Positions 22,676-34,035 of a stretch of DNA of 64,000 nt are shown in pieces. The position numbers and the translations under genes were made by a program. The stretch lies in NCBI GenBank assembly GCA_008632985.1, contig QPGO01000001.1, positions 302,600 to 366,599 on the forward strand, given 5' to 3'. Within the stretch, counting starts at the first letter, position 1, and each line of letters opens with the position of its first letter. The DNA is from Psammoneis japonica (Eukaryota). The notes under the pieces were generated by a model. It made no database searches, was not told where the DNA came from, and worked only from the letters and a program-made list of their open reading frames with translations.

Positions 22676-25016
22676 ATGAGCATGTCGTTGTCCCTGCCGA
22701 GCAAACGAAAGCACAGCGACGAGTTCTCCACAAAAGAGAACTTGACGAGAGATCAAATCGATCAGTTCTTTGATGAAGATCTTTTGAATGATCGCCAACG
22801 ACTCTCGTGGGCTTACCAAACAGAGGAACGAGTGCGTCTGGAGAAAGTCAAGACCCGTGATGCTTTGGATGTATCCCATACACTTGATTCAGAGTTTCTC
22901 TTTGACATCTATCCTGATGTCGGCATCAAACTCGAAGAACGCCCATACAAAGGCAAAAAGGAGCGCCTAGCTCCAGAGAAGGATCGATATGCTTGGGAAC
23001 GCAAGTGCCATCCATCCTTTACAAAGAGTCGTTTTCCCGATTCAAGCTTTGCCTCTCTTGTCGAGTTAGACATGACTTTGCGCGAGAGGGTGAGGCATGC
23101 GAACTTCTTGAGACATGAGGACAAAGATGAGGGAAAGGCTTCGCATGAGCTGTACCGCAAGTCTCCCGTTCCACCAAATTTCTTGTGCTTTCAAATTCTT
23201 ATGAAGGCATACCTGGGTTATGACTTGCCGAGCTTTCATCCTAAAGGTACCGACATGCCGCGATGTGCCATTATGGGTGGAGCAGTGGTAGCGGTGTTGA
23301 CGGCATGGCGTCACATTGAAGTCTTAAAGATGTTCGAAGAAGCCCAACTTGAGACTTTAATACACAAGCGTGCGAAGAAAGAGAGCGGCAAAACGCAATA
23401 CAGTCGTATCAAGTCAGAACTTATATATCAGCTGCATTCTTGGTTTCAATACCGAAAAGGCGTTTCTGCAGAGACCCGCGCTTCTCCCTTCAGCACTGGT
23501 GACGTTGACATCTTTCTTCAGGCATCTCCATTGACGAGAGCACTACTACAAAGAATGAAAGATCTCGGTCTTGAAAATTCCGATGTGTATGATACCGTTG
23601 AATCATTTGTCGGCGGCTGCGGATACGTCCACCGTGACCTCGAACAAATCGTGAATTCCATCTTTAGGCAAGAAGATGACGAGTACGAGTTCTTGGGTCT
23701 TGATGAGGAAGACGAAACCTCTGATGAGGAAGACGAAACCTCTGACTTTAGAATGATTTTTGTTTTAACACAAAATGCTCTGAGCTTCATGAATACTTCC
23801 AGAGAGGAACATTTCCATCTTTCAGACTCCAAGTGGCATCGAAGGGATATCCCAGCCTACAAGTGGCCTCGAAACACGCAGTTGATCCGCCTCAGCGAGA
23901 AAGCAGATCTCGTCGGAGCCTTAATGGACTTTGACATAAGTCTTGTGGGATGCTCGTTTGACGGGAATAGTGTTAGAGTCACGCCCAGGGCAGCCTTTTC
24001 CCTCATCACATTGACTCAGGTAGTAACGCCTTTTGTTTTGGAAGAAAAGCGCAATTGGCAACGGGTTGTAAAGGTGAGATGGTGGTGTTTCTGCGTCAAA
24101 GTACGACGTTGCTTCGAAAACTATCTCACCCTACTTGAGTTTCGTACAGTACTTCAAACGAGGATTCCAAGCCTATGTATTGGATCCGAACTGTAACCAC
24201 AACGTTCAGTGTGCTAAAGGCCCATTCGGTCCAGTGGCTTGGAATCGCTCGATGTCATCAAGCAATAACCGGTACCCAATGAGCTTGAATTTCGGCACAA
24301 AGCCGTCAAGTGACGAACTGTGTGCATTCCAGAGGGAGAATTCTCCTGTTTACTGCTGCGGACACATAGGTGGGTTCAAGTATTCCTTTGTACTTTTTGA
24401 AAAGGAAGAAGGAGATGCGATACAGTTCTTTTCAAATAGGGACAAGTGGGACGACGAGAAAAAGGACGAGATCAAGGCTCTTCATCCATGGTTACGAATT
24501 TGCTGTCGAGAGTGCCGATATGAGTATGAGAATTACGTCTTTGTGAAGAGAAACCCTGAGTACGGAGGCATGATTGAAAAGGAAGCCGATGAGCTTATTC
24601 GTGGAGACAAAAGTTTTATGCGAATGAGCGGAATGAGCGGCAGGAGCTTGTTTGCTCCTTCATTCTACAGCGGAGGCGTGTTTGATGGTCGTCGAAACCA
24701 GTTTGACCCATACTTTTTCAGTTGTGCCTTCTGGAAACTAGATTCACAACTACGAGCTGAAAAGGCTCGATACTTTGTTAGGCACAGCACATATGATGGA
24801 TACAAACCAAGGTACGCTTTTGGTGATGACTTGAGGGAACTCTTTGAGGAAGTATCGGCCATGTCGCTCTCCGACTCTAAACGCAACCCGGTGGGCCTGA
24901 ACCCGGAACGATTCGTTGGCGAATGCAAGAGCTGTAAGCAGTGGCTGCTTGGCTGTGAGTATGGCACTGAATACTGTGAGAGTTGCTTGAACCAAAAACC
25001 GCCCAGTGCGACGTAG
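22676..25016 (+). CDS. Hypothetical protein with nucleotidyltransferase-like motifs and a C-terminal Cys cluster
   Basis: Two exons, intron 24074-24149 restores RVVKYFKRGF; motifs MGGAV, GDVDIF, FDISLVGCSFDG, TPRA; CxxC..CxxC at the end. Confidence 0.75.
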
Positions 25017-26345
25017 CGGCAGGGCGATCCTTGTAAATTGTTAAGTTTTTTGTTGTGTGAATTCGTGGTATTGTCAAGACTATCTAAAGCTATTAGAATG
25101 GCTTTTTGGGTGGACCCATTTTCATAAGCGTCAAAGAACACCGTGGTCATTGACAGCGACGTAACCGCTGACCTTGAAGACTATGGATCACAGGGGCAGA
25201 AAGATTCACCCGAACCTACGTGCTACTCTGGGCTAGCCATTCAGCACAAGAATTTCGATACTTCTCTGCCAGCATCGCCGTCTACGAGGAATGTACTTCG
25301 GAAATTCCTAGAGCTGATAGGGTTTACTTCCCTCATCTGGGATATCATCGAGTCGTCCATTCTTGGAGGGCGCAGTTTCGTACAAAGCGATCTACGATCT
25401 GTGTTCGACCGGGAAGACGATTTGGATACTGTCAATGATTTCGAGGAGTCCTATTTTTTGAGACATGAAAATGTTATTGATTGGCGTAAAGTCTATCGGG
25501 TCTTTTTACGACTTCTTCGCTCAGCTTCATGTACGCTACAACAACAACGGTGATGGCGATTATGACTGACGGGGGGGGGGGGGGGGGCAGAAACAGATGA
25601 TGCTTGCCTTGGCCTCGAAATACGCAGTTGGTAGGGCTTATCAAGAGAGCAGATCTTGTCGGTGCTTGGGTGGATTGAGTTTGGAACAGAGTGTTGCCAA
25701 ACAATGTGCTTGAGCCAAGAGCCTAAAGCCAGGTGAAGAATGACCAAAAATGACGTGGTTCCGTTTCGACAAAATCATTCGAAGAAATTGGCTCAGTCGC
25801 GTTCTCTTGACGGAGTTTTTGCAGGCCTTTCAATGGCCTTGACCTTCACGGATGCTCTCGCCTCGATTGGATGGCAAATACCAGCATTACCGTATTGTGA
25901 AAGTGATGAGGGGTGGATGGATCAAGCCGGGAGTGGTGTTCGCAAAGCAGGGCAGTTTTTGTCGTGTCAGTCATGATCCACGTAGAAAGGACATTTTCGT
26001 GAGTGTCAGTGCATTTGTCTTCATAAATACGTTTGAATATGAAGGTGTCTATGATAAATAATCTTCATATAAATGCACAATGGCAATACGACAATTTTGA
26101 GGATTGATTGTGCACGTGCTATCGCCACGTCTGCACTGTCACTAAATGCCCACCAGTGGAACGCGTGAACGAGAAGCATGGTCGTAGATCTGTTCCAAGG
26201 CATTTATGGTCCGGATTACGCTGCAAGACTTCACACTTATTATTTTGTGCAGTGCAGCCTATTGACAGTAAAAGGCCTCGCTTAGTCGTCTCGACATCAC
26301 GCCCCCACACCAATCACTTTTGACTACATCAGCGAACGCGAAGCC

Positions 26346-28850
26346 ATGGCACTCACCGCCGCTTTCTTGCTTCTTGTTACGGTTGCCCTTTTTCCGGCAC
26401 TTGCGGTTGCTTCCAAAGAGGAGCTGCCTACATTGGAGTTTGTTGGGAGACATGAAACACACCCTTCTCGGTTTCCGCTAGGACGATGTAAAGCTCATTG
26501 TCGATCGAATCGGGATTGTCGAGCCGGGCTGACGTGTCAAGCATACAAAGGCCAACACATTCACGGATGCAAAATCAAAAAGAACAATGGCCTGGGACGG
26601 AACTACTGTTTGTTGCCCATCAAAAATAAAACAACCTTGGCTCGTGATGTTGCAGCACCTCCACGTGAGAAAAAGCCATTGACTATAGTGGACTTGAAGA
26701 AATCAGACCGAATGAGTCAGCGACTAGGCTTTTGCGAGGGACCGTGCCGGGGACATGAGGACTGTGGTCTTGGTTTGAATTGTTATCCTTTTTTTACAGG
26801 AGGAAACAAAGTACCGGGCTGCATTGGCAAGTCTCCAGGCTTTAAAAGGTTCTGCTACCAACCAGCATCGACAGTATTGGTACGCAAAGCTGTCCAAGGA
26901 GTGCCAGCAGATGCATACCCCTTGAAGAACTGCCAAGGCGTATGTAACCGAGGAGACTCGGATTGCGACTTGGGACTCATTTGCTATCGACGAAGCGATG
27001 ATCAAACGATCCCTGGCTGTCGTGGAATGGGTATTCCCGGAAAGAATTATTGCGGCTTCCCCACGGACCCATTCACTCTGGTGAGAATGGCAGAAAAGAA
27101 CAAGCCACGAGACTTCTTGTTAGACAAGTGCCAAGGAGAATGCACGTCGAACGAACAATGCAAACGAGGACTGAAATGCTTCCGCCGCAAATTAAACGAA
27201 GCCGTTCCAGGCTGCACTGGCTTTGGAATTGAAAACGGTTCCTATTGCTTTGATCCAAAGGACGGTGGCACAGCAGGTCAAAGCAAGGAAAATAAAGGCG
27301 GAACAGCAGTTGGACGCGTCAACCATGTTGCTTGTTCCCCGTCGTCACCATGCTCCTTGTGCTATGGTGACTGCAATGGGAAGAATGCCAATTGTAGGAA
27401 GGGATTGGTTTGTTTTTCCAAAACAGTCCACAACGGGATTCCTGGATGTGGACCGACGGGATTGACATCCGGCGTGGATTATTGTGCCATTCCTCCCAAC
27501 AACAGACCCATGACGTTCGCACCTGGCAACTTGCAACATGTCCAAGCGGGGTTGTTGCTTTCCAAGGGCTTGACAGCTCGTATCATTGCCGTGGAACACA
27601 AGCACATGACGTTTGATAATGGCCAAACATCGAGAATAAGATTCCACGAGGATCCTGATGGTAAGCTTGTTGTGGTCTGTTTTGTAGATTTTAAAAAATT
27701 GTCTTGTAATCCTCATTGGTATTCTGTCGAATTTTCTCGGCAGGTGCGGCCGTGTTTGAGAACAAAAGGACGGGCGGTTGGAAGTATGTATCCAATGCCG
27801 AAAGCAGTTCAAAAGGAGGCGTGGGAGCTATCGAGTTTGACGCGCAAGGCCGAGTCATTGGATATGAAATGCTCTTGTCCGGTACTGACCGGAATTGTGG
27901 CGGAGGCAGAACGTTTTGGAACACTTGGCTTTCCTGTGAAGAATACGAAGACGGTCAAGTTTGGGAAGTGGATCCTTTTGGAAAGCATCCACCACGCAAA
28001 ACAATCATGGGATCAAGGGCGGTGACATGTATGAATCTGCCGCATACGACAATCGCAACCGTCAAAAGCCCGTCTTTTACGTGACAACCGACGATGAAGA
28101 TGGTCCCGTCCTTAAATTTACTCCCGACGTTGCCGTCACGGCTCGAGCCTTGAGAACCAACGACTTTTCGCGCTTGTTGCACTCGAATGAAACGGGTACC
28201 GCCAAGACGGAATTCCTAGTGCTTCAACCCGACTGGAAGAAATCCGGAGAGGAAGGAGCCTTTTACTGGACGGATAAAATTTGGCTGCTCGTGCGAGTGC
28301 CAAGAATATTTACCCCAATTGCGAAGGTATGTCATGTTACAAGTTTTGTTTTTCGTCTCCGGTTTCATGTCTCTTGATATTCACCATCTTTCCAATCAAT
28401 TTTTTTCACAGGCATCGACTCGCATGAAGGTATGGTGTACTTACCTGCAAGCGCCGTGCGGAATTGTTTATTTTGGATACCGACAGAGGAACGTATACCA
28501 AAGAGTCGATTAAATCAGGAGCCTTCAATGGCAATCCCGATCAAGTGGCCCGAATTATTGGTGGCGGTGAAGAGGATGATATCCTGTACTTTTGTGAAGC
28601 CAAGGGCTCGAGTGCCAGGGACTGTGGGGTGTTTGGCAGAGACATGAAAGGAAATTACTTTACCATTCTTGAAAACAACGGTTCGATTGAAGCACTCACC
28701 GGGGAAGTGACGGGCTTGGCGTTTTCGCCAAACAACAAATTCATGTACTTGTCCTATCAAAAGCCGGGGTTTATATATGAAATCAAACGTACCGATGGCT
28801 ACCCGTTTGGCGGACAAAAACTGGATATCCTCTATCATAAGCAACAGTGA
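26346..28850 (+). CDS. Secreted protein: Cys-rich repeats fused to a PhoX/DUF839-like beta-propeller phosphatase domain
   Basis: Signal peptide; five C.G.C....C..GL.C-type repeats; NCGGGRTFWNTWLSCEE, YESAA, PDQ, GEVTGLAFSP; introns 27661-27743 and about 28327-28391; several frameshifts. Confidence 0.8.
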
Positions 28851-29413
28851 TAGAACCTCACAAGAAAATCGGATGGAGTTTTTTGTTTGCTCCAAGAATC
28901 GTCTGTAGATTAATTGCACAAAACAGTTTTAAGTGCGTAGGATACATTGCTTTTTCTAATTTTCAGAAAAATGCATGATCTTTTGATGCGCGTTGCTTGC
29001 GATACCTTTCGTGCGCTTCTTCTTCTTTGCGACCGCCTTTTTCCGTATTTGTTCTATTCAAAGGTAACAACATTACAATCATGGCAACAACGCATTGCTC
29101 TTGTGAGCGCCATTCTCGCCACCGACGTTGCACAACAACAACAACACGGTCAATGATCTTGTTTTCGTTTCGGTCATCATTTCTGATGTGAAGTCAGTCA
29201 TAGTCGGTTGTGCTCCAGAGGTTGATGACTTGGATGCATCAGTCGAATCAGTCGAACGAATGATCTCAGCCAGCAGCCCAGGAAAAAATGAGGATGACGT
29301 CACCGATTTTGGCGGGAAATGCCCGTCCGTCGTCACGTCCTGGGCACGGTGCGGTGGGAAACCCTGCAAAACGACCGGCTCTCCTCCTCCAACCTCCAAA
29401 CCGTACTGTAATA

Positions 29414-29729
29414 CCGTGATTATCATAGAAAATCTGTGCCAAAATCAGAATCTGTACCTATTTTTCAGGGCTTTAGAAAATCTGTACCTATTCTGAACGG
29501 AAATCTGGAATCTGTACCCCAGTACAAATGTACGTAGGATCTACGTAGAACGCGCCAGGCCTGATGGGGAGGGGTTCTTCAAATCTGAGAAAACCCAAAT
29601 CCAGGTTTAGCAGAATCAGTGCAAATCTATATTTTTTGAGAATCTGTATCTATTTCTCCGGAATCCTTGAAAATCTGTACTAATTTTGAAACAAAATCTG
29701 TGGCACAGATTTTCTTATGATAATCACGG
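29414..29729. mobile_element. MITE, Tc1/mariner-type (316 bp, about 28-bp TIRs, TA target duplication)
   Basis: Left TA|CCGTGATTATCATAGAAAATCTGTGCCA; right TGGCACAGATTTTCTTATGATAATCACGG|TA; internal AATCTGTAC repeats. Confidence 0.9.
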
Positions 29730-29847
29730 TACCATACGCCATACGCTCTCGGCTCTCAGACACATCCAAACAAGCCAAGGCTCAAGCTTTCCTGGTCTCT
29801 ACTCTAGAGAGAACACTACACTGTTAGTTTTAAAAGTGTCGAGCACC

Positions 29848-31339
29848 ATGACACCGCCAAGCGATTTCGTGTTGCGTATTGCGTTGTTACGTGGTGACGA
29901 TGATCTGACGGAGCTGTCTCCGTCCGTTTGGCGAATCTTTCGATGTAGTAGTGGAATTAATCTCGATGCGTTTCAGGACAAAATCTTGCAACCCATCATG
30001 GGATGGCAACGAAATTACCACGGCTATTACTTCAAAAAGGCCAACACGTACTATTATCAATCGGAGACGAGCACTGCGGATTGTTTTGGCATGCACGACA
30101 GCTACCGAGCAATGACGGAGAGCGTGTAATCCAACCGAATACACACTTGGAGATGTCCTCCAGCGCAAGGGTGATTCGTGTTACTATGCATATGATTTAG
30201 GGGATCACTGGTATCACAGACTGACTGTCGAGCAAGTAATTACAGACACGGAGGAGAAATTGTTTGGAAAGGCAATTGTACTTGATGGGGCCATGCGCTG
30301 TCCGGATGAGGATGGCGAAGGAGGACACAAGTACCAAGAAAAGGTGCTTGACTTGTACAATTTGCTTCAGGCAGATCCTGACAATGTGTCGTATATCCGT
30401 GATTATGCCCAAGCGTGCTTTGATCGGGTAAATCCACTCAATGTCGAAGGACGCTTTTTTGCAGACGAGTTTGCCGTGGATCATGTTCAACAAGCTCTAC
30501 AGGATGCGTTACGATCGCGTGCAACTTACCGAATGGGGGGCATTTCGCCCGATGCTCTTCCTGGTAGCATGTTTGCTTCGAAAAACAAGACTGAAATCCT
30601 AAAGGTTGGTCCAGGCTTACGAAAGCGTAGCTTTTATCATGAGGACTTGCGAGGCCATACAGGTGGGCCGCTCGCTCCACCCTTTTACTGGAGAATGCTG
30701 GAAATTGTTCATGTCAAGCCGGACGACGAGAAATTTGCCCTATGCGCGGCTTGCGGGAACCCCCATGATCTCAAACGCTGTGGACGGGTGCGTATAAACA
30801 CTATGTTATCGTTCCTATGCTGTGTTTATACACGTTTTCTCTCAACGGTTGATATTTCTTATTGTCTCTATTATTGTTTATTCTCTCTAGTGTCACACGG
30901 CACGCTATTGTAGTCGCGATTGCCAGTCGGCTGACTGGAAGATCCACAAGGCCACCTGCAAACAGGACAAGCGATACTTTGAGGCGTACATGGCAGAAAA
31001 GGAGGGACGCGCACAAGTTCCTCAAGGCATTATCGATACAGGCGATCGGAGACCTTTGCGCAAATTTGATCCCGAAAATATGCGTTTCATGGTTGGACAA
31101 AAGTCGAATGCATGATTGGTCATAATGTTTGGGGTACCGGCGAGATTATTCGTGTTTTGCACGAGTGTGAAGGAATAGTTCATGCTTACCAAGTCCAACT
31201 TGATCGTGAAACTGCCAACAAAATGGGCGTTCCCTATTCGCGGGCGCTCATTTGGGCAGACTGGGATTGCGATTACCAAATCAGGGAAGTTGATGACCAG
31301 CGTAAAGTTCCCAAGAACACCATGGAAATCGTGGACTAA
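29848..31339 (+). CDS. pRiA4b ORF-3-like domain plus MYND zinc finger protein
   Basis: VWRIF..LQPIMGW..YH, YDLGDHWYH, RCPDED; CAACG..LKRCGR|CH..YCSRDCQ..DW..HK..C across intron 30788-30889; frameshifts near 30128 and 31090. Confidence 0.8.
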
Positions 31340-32153
31340 AAAGAATGTTAGAATGAGAGGCTCCGTTTATGCAGATATAATCGATATCCTTCTCACTACT
31401 TTTAGCGACAGCAGATCTTGGGTCTTGGCGGCGGCAAGAAAAACTCTAGGATAATCAGTCGAAGTAATCAAGAGCATGCCGCAGTGAAAACACAGCTTCA
31501 TCAAGCTGGCAGGTTATTGTTGTTTGTTGCGGTTGCGCGGTTACAGTTCGTTGTTCTTGTTATCACGTTACACCATTGTGATGAGCATTTTTGAGTAACT
31601 TTAAGACGGTCTTGCAGCGAGATTTGATTCGGAATTCTCCTCCATGGTGTGATGATGCACACGCGCATGAAAATTGCCCTCGTAAGGCGCAGCGTTTCAA
31701 CCACCACTGTCTCTGCGAAACGCAGCCTTCAGGACAATTATATAAGCTAAAATGGGGCGCACGACTGTCACATGCCAAACTTACCAACCGACACATGAGT
31801 GGGAGGCATGGGTGAGAAAACAAGTCTCCGACGAGTCACGCACCATCCAGATCAATTTGTTTTGATTGGATGAAACGCATCATGAATCGTGATTGATGAG
31901 ACGCGACACAACGCGACTGCGGCAAACGCGAAAAATCAACCAATCACACGAATCCTTTGTCTTTTTGCTTCAAGTTGGTAAACATTGAGAATTCGCCAAG
32001 ACTGCCTTTTCTCTCAAAATACCGATCGTGAACTGTAAGCGCAGAATACAAATAAGAGAGTAGAGGCTGGAGGAGAGATATGTAATCATTATGGTTGTCG
32101 ATAGCACTGCTCGCGATACACAAAATGACAGCAACACAAGGAATCGAGAAAGG

Positions 32154-32507
32154 ATGGAACAAGCGCAAGAACAAGCACCATCGCTTTATGGATTATCGCC
32201 TCCGACGGTGATAGACATGCCGGAAGAATTCGCTGGAGACATTGTTCTTGATCAAGAAGACGACGGGGAAGAGCTCATCCACATCAAGTACACTATTGCT
32301 GCCTTGTTGATGTATGCGGGAATTGTGGTAATGGCTCTACTGATTGTTTCAATCTTGAAAATAGCGTCCAACAGCAAGGCCAGCAGCTCCGCAACAACAA
32401 ATCATGTGCCATCCACGGCACCAACAATTCTTCCAACTGTGCTGCTGTCAACTACTCATTCACCAACAGTTGCTCCTACAAGTGTTGTGCTTGGGCACCA
32501 TCACTGA
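32154..32507 (+). CDS. Short or truncated single-TM protein with Ser/Thr/Pro stalk
   Basis: TM segment IAALLMYAGIVVMALLIVSIL followed by PSTAPT-type repeats; 3' end runs into block C. Confidence 0.4.
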   Translation: MEQAQEQAPSLYGLSPPTVIDMPEEFAGDIVLDQEDDGEELIHIKYTIAALLMYAGIVVMALLIVSILKIASNSKASSSATTNHVPSTAPTILPTVLLSTTHSPTVAPTSVVLGHHH

Positions 32508-32519
32508 GATTGGAAAGGG

Positions 32520-32990
32520 GGTTGCATGACGTGTAGCTTGCGTTTCATGGCAGAACAGATCACGTTGGAGGATAAAGCACATGCACCACAGTTTGCTTTT
32601 TGCCAACAGGCATTTGATGGCGAAGAGAAGCGTCAAAAAAGAATGCAAGGATAGCATTAATGAACAAAATCTAAAGCAGTGTACATTAAGTTCCACGCAA
32701 AGATGGTCCCTGCTGTTGCACGCAGTGCACATCTCGTGACGCCTTTTTGTCATTGGTTTCTAGCCACAGGCGAAGGGCTCCATGGCAATCTTGACTTTTG
32801 GCTTTGAGCAATGGCATCAGGAACATCATCTGGTGGGCTCTGAATGTTGGTTCTGCCAAAGTGATTGACACTCTCAAGAACAACAATCAATTCATTTGGT
32901 TTCCTCCATTGGCTGTTGCTCAAGGCACACACATCTTCCCTGATTTGGCTTCATGACCCAAGCCTCTCTCTGGCAATGGATGCCCCAGTC
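32520..32990 (-). pseudogene. Decayed copy of the hydrolase-like region at about 38490-38950
   Basis: ELIVVLESVNHFGRTNIQSPPDDVPDA vs ELILLDGVNHFGITSIQNPPGAIPDA; DNA similarity extends into the 3' flank. Confidence 0.8.
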
Positions 32991-33759
32991 ATGCAGGTGC
33001 CTCTTGCTGGCAGGCATCTTGCTCACAGGTCAGCAGGATGATCTCTGGATCAAAAGCACTGGACGTGCAAATTGCTGCAAGAACTTGAGGGCAGTGCAGT
33101 GCACTGGCTGAGCTGCAGCCAAAGTGAGAGCTGCCATGCTCTCTGGCATGCCACTGGCACTGCACTCAATCCTGCAAACATGAGGGCAGCACAGGGTGAG
33201 AGCTGGGAGAGATCTGTTGTCAGTTTGCACCATCCCTGCAGCAGGAAATTGTTGTGCCACACATGCTTCTTTGGTTGGCACACCATCCAACAAAAACTCT
33301 GTGTTGTCTTCTTTCCCCACAGAACAGCGCTGTGACATCAAAGGGCCAGGAAAGGGCATTCTGCCCCATGTGCAAGAGAAGTGCAAAGAAAAGCATTTGT
33401 TGCACATGCAGTTCTGCACAGTGTGACCCACCTGCACACCACCATTTTTTTTTCGCAGCACAAACAGATGCACCACACCCTGCACTGTTGCCAAAACCCC
33501 ATTGGCAATTCCTGCAATGATGCAACTCAGCCAACACATGGCTCTTGCACCACACAGCTTTGATGCAGAGCAGCACAACTTCATCGGCACTTGCCAGAAA
33601 ATCACATTGCAAAAAGCAGAGCAGGGCACAACATTGCTGCACCCACCACCAAAAAAAGCAGGTGTGTCATTCTCTTTGCCAATGGCATTGTGGACCAACA
33701 TTGGAGATGCATGCCTTGGCCTGCTGTGGCAGCAGCGGAGCACAGAAGAAGACAGCAAA

Positions 33760-34035
33760 ATGACAACCACATGGGAGCAGCTCTGGTCAATTCAGAGCAG
33801 CCTGCAGATTCCTTTGGCAATCTTGTCAATCATTCTTGGATTGGCAATGACCACTGCAGTTGTTCTTCAAGAACAGAGGAAAAGCCAGAAGCAAACACTC
33901 ATGTGCCATGCTGGGTCTTGCATTTTGGTTGTCTGAGTCAGCTCCTTGGGGCATGGCACTTGGGCTTGGGGAGCTGCCTTTCATGTGGAATGATTTGGAC
34001 ACATGTGCACAGCTCAGGACTTTCTCTTTGTCTTG
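33760..34035 (+). pseudogene. Decayed 5' fragment of the GPCR-like gene at 36744
   Basis: MTTTWEQL..LQIPLAILSII vs MPPTLEQL..LQIPSAILSIV; DNA alignable with an internal deletion. Confidence 0.85.

Noticed and set aside
25571..25587. Poly-G/C tracts (also near 34753, 44356, 48488)
   Set aside because: Simple homopolymers of unreliable length; no supporting structure
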